From the human T2T-CHM13v2.0 reference genome, Homo sapiens, in the NCBI RefSeq assembly GCF_009914755.1, contig NC_060942.1: a DNA stretch of 64,000 nt. One strand, given 5' to 3'. Made by a program: the position numbers and the translations under genes. A model generated the notes under the pieces. It was not told the origin of the DNA. It made no database searches and saw nothing but the letters and a program-made list of their open reading frames with translations. The first letter of the stretch is position 1, and every line of letters begins with the position of its first letter. This document shows, piece by piece, positions 57,376 to 64,000 of the stretch.

Positions 57376-58231
57376 TCTTTAAAAAGCCTACAGGAGATCA
57401 CTGTAAGCCTTTAAGACAGCAGCTTCAGGAAGCAGTGGAAACCAAAGGAAAATAGTAAAGATTTCAGTGGATACTGACAAAGTGAAAGCAGCAAGTTTCA
57501 GAAAAGGAAAATAAGTGATTAGCAAGGTCAAGGGAAGGTTTTCTGGAAGAGCAGGGCCCTGAGCATGTCAGCAGCCTGAGTGGAAAAAAACTAGAAGAAA
57601 GGGTGAATAATTTCAGGCACTAAAAGAAGCAAGAGGAAGGAGAAAAAACCATTCTGTTGGTGGGAAAGTTTAAGCAGAGGCTGAAGTGCACAGGGGCAGT
57701 GCACACCCAGGGAATGACAATCTGCCCTGAGTGGAGATGGGTAGTAACGGAAGTTAGGAAGGGTCAAGCAGATGGAGAGTTTAAAAAAAAACAAAGGAGA
57801 GTGAAAGGACGAGAAGTCATTGTGAGGATGAGACATAACTGTTAACAGAGGTGAGAAAGTTCCAGAAGCAGAAGGTTAAGAAGGCGTGGTCTGGAGAGGT
57901 GCAAGGGAGAGCAGGCCACAGCTATGCTGACACCCAGGGCATGCCCAGGCGGAGTGAGGGCAGAAGACAAGAGCTAGACATCCTGGTGGTCAGCAACGAG
58001 GATGGACACGGGGGACAAAGTGGAAGGCAACATTCAGAATTGAGCACTGACTGCCGAAATCGTCCAGGGATATAGAATCTTGGCAGGCATAGGTTTCTGA
58101 AGAGCAGAAGATGAACTAACATTTACTAAGTGCTGAGTTTGGTCAGGCACTGAGCTGAAGTCCACATATAAATATATGTTAAGTACACATACACAATTAT
58201 ATTTCCTTTAATTCTTACAACCACCTGGAGT

Positions 58232-58676
58232 TGGCTGACTGGAAATCCCCAAAAAGATATGCCCACACCCTAATTCCCAGAACCTGTGAATGTGACACTC
58301 AGAAAGGGGTCTTTCCAGATGCAATTAAGCTAAGGATTCTGAGATGAGGAGATCATCCTGGATTACCCAGGTGGACCCTAAATCTAATGGCAAGTACTCT
58401 TCTAAGAGAAAGGTAGAGATTTCACACACTCTCACAGACACACACACACAGACACACACACACACACGAAGGCAATGTGAAGACAGAGGCAGTGATGTGG
58501 CCACCAGGCACCTGAAGCTGGAAGTCGCAGAAGGATTTTCCCCAGAGCCTCCAGAGGGACTGTCCTGCCAACACCTTAATTTCAGACTTCTGGCCTCCAT
58601 AATTCTGAGAAAATAAACTTGATGTTTTAAGCCAACATGTGGTAATGTGTTATGGCAGCCTTAGGAAAATAACATA
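58232..58676 (+). mobile_element. MLT1(B/C) solo LTR with internal (CA)n
   Basis: aacctgtgaatgtgac...gagatcatcctggattacccaggtggaccctaaat...gttatggcagccttaggaaaataacata. Confidence 0.88.
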
Positions 58677-61600
58677 CCACCCCACGACAGGTACAACTTT
58701 CTCCATTAGAAGATGAGAAAACAAACTCAAAAGAAAGTTAACATAAGTAGAATTAAAAACTCAGGATTCAAGCACAAGCCGGAGTGACTCTGAGGGGAAG
58801 GGATTTGGAAGAAATGTTGGTTCAAGGCCACAGAGGAGAGGGAGAGACAAGGAAAAAGAAATCTTCATTGTAAAAAGTTATGAGGGAAGTGAACATATGA
58901 GAGATAAACCAGATTTCCTTTAATACAAAGAGGAGGAGAAAGCCAGAAGAGATCCTTAAAAGTTACAGAAGAGAAAATGATTTCCCATATTATCTACGGA
59001 ACACTGGAAATAATATGGACAAAAGTGAAAATCTTAATGCACCACTCAATAATAACTACAGATATGTGAATCAGGTATCTCTTTCTAAGAATTTCTAAGA
59101 ATTTATGATAATCTTCTAAGTATCTGTTTCTGATGCTGAAAATTTTTCTTCTTTCCACATCTAGCCTCTTGTTCAATAAATCCCCAAGAATTACTCATCC
59201 ATGTGGGTAAAGGAAAATATGTTATCTTCAATAACAATGGTGTAAACCCCAAAGTTAGGCCAGATTATATATGAAATATTATTCATACTACACCTAGGAC
59301 TAAGGAAGGTATTACTTGGATTAAAAACAAAAAATAACAAATGTCAAGGATGTGCCAGGCTGTTTAAAAAAAAAAAAATTCTTTTATGTCAAAGTACTAT
59401 TTGACCATGGTGACAATAATTCAAAACCATGTATGAACTCAAGGAAATCTGCAGTGCAAATTATTACTAACATATAATATCCTTACCTCTACTTTTCAAG
59501 TTATAAGCTGACAGAGTCTGCAAGAATTCTGTGTTCAGAGCCCCACTTTATCAAACAACAAATACAATGATCACATACAGGAGATCTATTTCAGATCTTA
59601 GCTAACAACTCAAGCTTTGCAGATGCAAATACTAAAAACTGACAAGAAATTCTTTGTAAAAGGTGTCTTTACAATTTCCACTCTGCAGTTTAACAATTTT
59701 AAGTTATTTCTGGAGAATCTTTGTGTTTGAATACTGATCAAGGTTAAACATTTTTAAATGAAAACTGACTTTTCCAATGATCTTACTAAAAATGTTCAGG
59801 GTGGAAACATGTTTATCCACATGTTTATTGAGTGTCTGCCGTTTACCAAGCAATGCCAAAAGTTAAGGGGCCATCTGGCTTCCTCTGTAAAGAACCAAGA
59901 TCCTGCAAAGGCACAAACTGTCTAAAACATCAGAAGGACTTTTCCAACAACCAGATCATTAGTTCAGCCTACTTTAACCCTAGTTGATAATTCAAAAAGT
60001 AGACTCTGAACCTAGTGATATGAAAACACTATCTAACAAAAGATAACTATCAGCCTTGTCATCTGCTAATGCACTGTGTAATTCACTTAAAATAATAACT
60101 ATATAGCTTTTTTAAAGCATGACAGGAACCCTAAGAGAGTTATGAACCACACTGGGGAAAGTGGAATCAGGAGGAAATGAAGAAATCAAGGAAGGAAGAA
60201 TGCAGGAAATTAAACAGATCTTAAAAATCTAATCAGGAAACTAACTTAATGACATTACAGACTAAAAGACCAAGCCATAAATAAGCAGGCCCAGGAAACA
60301 TTATAAAATTGTTGAAAATTAGTGATGTCAGAGTATATAAGTGTACAGTATATAAGAAGTCTATCAAAATGAAGTAAAATGTGAACTATTTGAATATGTT
60401 TTATAATCACCTCCAATTTACTTGTGTTTTCACAATTAAAATACCTTTCAGAATTCCAACTTAGTATTCATGAAAGGAAAATGAGCCTAAAATGAGAATC
60501 AGAGAAGGGAACTGGGTAGGAAATGAATTTCAAAGACTTCCAAAGCATATTTTCAAATCAGTAAACAAGGCACCTTTTAATTCTCTACCTTTGGTCTCTT
60601 GATTCAAATGAAAATAATGTCCAATTTCTCTTCCTATGAGTCAAACTGAAAATTGCACTATAATTAAAAGTCATAATTTCTGAGCAATTAACTTAATTAT
60701 CAGGAAGGCAATACACGTAACAAGATTTCAGTAAAATCATATTAACACTTGCCTCAAATATATAAAAACAGGCCATAGTATTCAATCAAGATATCATGTC
60801 ATAGTAACAAACTTCATATAGCTACTTAAATATACCACTGTAAAGATATTATAAAAATGACTTTTCTAGCCAAATGCTAGGAAATGCTTTGAAATTACTT
60901 CCACTGAGTAACCTATAATGCTATCCAGTTTAATAAGTTTTATTGATCTTAAGTAAATTACAATGTCTCTAATAATTAAAAACACTAAATAACAAATTTA
61001 GGATGACCTAGGACCCAATCACCTAGTCACTGCAGACTCATAAAGGAACACATGATCCTGGTTGGTATGAATAATGTATCCGTCCATTTCTCTTCTGAAG
61101 GAAAAGATTCTTCACCATGACAGCCATCTCTATTGCCAGTAAAACATGATGTTATAAACAAGTTAATCAGGTTTTCAGTAAGTAAGATTAGTTCTATGAA
61201 ATATCAAATGATGTAAGATAATCAATTTAGAAAAGTATGTAGCACTATTTTTTCCCCACCATTTGGGGTATTTTTCAGAAACATCGCTCCCAGTGTGCAG
61301 AAACATCTGGGTACGTGTTAAAAATTAATCAGAATCAGAATCTCCCATAAGACCTGGGAAATAAGCTTATTAAAGCATATCACCTTAAATAAACCTTAAG
61401 CACATTCATATTTGAAAACTATTTCTTGTAGTAATTCTCCACACATAACATTTGTAACAAGTAAAACAGTAGACCCTTCCTTCCAAATCAGTTTAACTTA
61501 TATTAAATATATCTTCTTTTACATAGCTTTTGAATATACCACAATTCATTTGGACATAAGAGTATCTGTGTTTCATCCTTAATGAACACATAACACAACA

Positions 61601-64000
61601 ATTTGGTGAAGCCAAAGACTTTCACTAATTCAAGTAATTAAACATAAAAACAAAGATGCAAGCAAAAAGCCATACTACACTTCTGGAGGAAAAAAAATAA
61701 AACATTAAGATTTGAAATTACTAAGTATATTTTCCTAAACATTTTGCTGTGCTTCACAGCCAAAAATATAATTACTGACATAAACATCCTTTAAGCTAAC
61801 TCTCCTATTTCAACTGAGAAGGGGGTATTGCTGTATCTTAAACCAAACTCAGCTAAATTTTGCTAAAACCAAAAACAATTATGTCCACAGGCAGTCTAAC
61901 CATGAAACATAGCAAATCAAACTGGCCTAATACAGGATGTAAATGCTGAAGAAAAACAGAATTGAGTGCCACCTGAAAGTTTCCAGTGGGCCCAAGATAT
62001 GAGGTAAAAATATCTCATTATAACTGGAGTAAATGCTTAATTTTCCAAAGGCATGTTAAAGGCATTATGGGTATCCTCAGAAAACCTACTCTCAATCTTC
62101 ACTTGAATCGATCTTCAACCTGAATCACTGTATTACTTGTATATTATTCTCTTTATTATCCTGACAAAAGGCAGAATTTGAATGAAAACATCTTTTAAAT
62201 ATTAAATCACCGTGTCCTTCAGGAATTAAAAAGAAAACACGAAACAGATTCAGAGGGACAAGGGGAAAGGAGAAAAGAGGAAGGGAAAGAGGTGGGGACA
62301 GCCAGCTTAGGCTGGCAAACCGCAGGCTCAGGCAGTGGTGACAAAAGCCAGCTTGGTCCAAGGCGGCCAAGAAAATGGACTAGAAAAAGAATGTTGCAAA
62401 CATACAGGTCTGAGGAGCTCCCAATGGCGACCTAGGAAACCCAAGCTCTAGAAAAATCACTCCTCACACATGTCTCACCTCAGCCTCCCCTCCTACCTCC
62501 ACATTTCTACTTAAGACAAACATGAAAGGCAGGCTTGAAAGGGAAAAGGAGTCACAAAAGACAGTGTGGGTGGCGGACAGGTAGAGGAGCAGGTCTGCCC
62601 TTTTGCAAGGTAAGCCAGGGTGCTGCGGAGTCTAAGCACACAGTATAAACACAGCACTGAGTAACAGTGTTTAAGGGAATCCAAGAGGTCTGTCCAGTAT
62701 CCCAAACAAAGCACCCTCTCCAGGGTAATCACAGCTTTAAGAGGCGGTCATCTACCCTCACCTCACAATGTGTAAGGAAAGGAGCACTTATAAGGCCACT
62801 TATTTCACTGATTGCAGGTCAGTTAGAAGACTGGTCTTTTTTTTTCCTCTCTCTCTCTTTTCAATAAGCCTCAACTCTGCCTCATTGTAATTACCCTCAC
62901 TGCTAACTTAGGCTATCCAAAAAATTTCATCGCTCGTCTATACAGTATTCCTTCAAACTGAAGAAAAGAGAGCTTGTATTTCCCCAAAATCTTCCATTGT
63001 CCAGGGCAAAAATAATTAGTTCCTTCAACTCGGGCACAGTAGAATGAGTCAGGAATCCTAAGGTGTACATTTCAGCTCTTCCAACAATGATGTGTGACAC
63101 TTTCGGCAAGTGGCCATCTTCCAGAGCCTGTCCTTCCTTCTCTCATTTCACAGACAAGGCTAGCCCTACTGGCAAGGGGTCAGGGGTGTGGCAGGGAAGA
63201 CATGGATCTCCAAATATGGACAACGCGGTGGGCTCTCTTTGGGATTTTGCTCTTGGGGCTGCTCTGCTCATAGCTCTGGCTCCAGAAACCAATGCTTCTA
63301 TGCCCAAGTTTCCCCTGGCCTTGGGCCCTTGGACAGGGGGGCAAACGCAAGGGCTCTGAGGGTGAGAGGAAAAGCCACAGCTAGAACCATCAGAGATGAG
63401 GCCCAGAAGGACAAGTGCCCTGAGAAGCCCTGCAGGACAACCTGTGAGAAACAGGCTTTCCACAGGACGGGTTAGGAAATTAACTACTGTGTACCACACT
63501 GCCTCAAAAGGAAAATGCATTTTAGTCCCAACCAAATTACACGTAGTGTTTGGAATACCTATTACACACAGACACTACAAACCTAGGTGAGAAGTTTCTC
63601 TTCTGAAAGTAATCACAGACATGGCTATTTTTATCTTTAATAAACATTAAAGGCAGTAATGATAAGCACTGCTGCAGAAAAAAACACACCTCTGCCTCAC
63701 TCTGCCACATTGTTTAACAGACTTCAAATGTATTTGTAAAAGGAAGGCTAAGGTGAAAAATAGCAGTTAGCATTGCCAGATTTCAATGAATCAAGTTTCC
63801 CTTCAATATTGCCTAATTTCCCACAAGGCCATGGGATTTGGATTAGTTTACACTGAAGAGATATAGCTGAGTCACATATGCTACTTAGGAATGGCAATCT
63901 GACTGTGGAAACAATCTCTAACTCATCTCTCATCTCTTGAGTGTGGAATGGACCCAATGACTCTTGTAACAAAGCTAGGGAGTGAGAAGGAGGGTAGCAA

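Noticed and set aside
62927-63590. GC-richer ORF cluster as possible B4GALT6 exon 1 or promoter
   Set aside because: No frame encodes the expected N-terminal cytoplasmic tail and transmembrane segment, and there is no CpG island; exon 1 must lie beyond the window.

Overview
Primate (most likely human) genomic DNA, rich in Alu, L1, L2, MIR, DNA-transposon and LTR remnants. The only protein-coding gene is B4GALT6 (beta-1,4-galactosyltransferase 6 / lactosylceramide synthase, GT7 family) on the minus strand. Coding exons 2-9 were reconstructed base by base (50768-50884, 42488-42601, 29869-29993, 23158-23274, 15473-15660, 11514-11636, 10798-10899, 10129-10276). All have GT-AG boundaries and join in one frame ending ...APIEDY-stop, followed by a 3' UTR of roughly 3.3-3.7 kb. 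Exon 1 and the promoter lie beyond the right edge. Nearly all other ORFs in the track are repeat-derived or random. I found no evidence of a new gene or a new biological system. The most unusual signals are structural: (i) a templated-insertion/fold-back scar in intron 5 (17813-18080) copying about 150 bp from 3.2 kb away; (ii) a roughly 96% identical 210-bp local duplication, with an AluY and a hypermutated 33-bp junction duplication in one copy; (iii) tandem duplications in the 3' UTR and intron 5; (iv) a tailless truncated U6 retrocopy; (v) none of the eight splice acceptors uses CAG. Repeat subfamily names come from recalled consensus sequences, and their boundaries are approximate unless a target-site duplication (TSD) is quoted.
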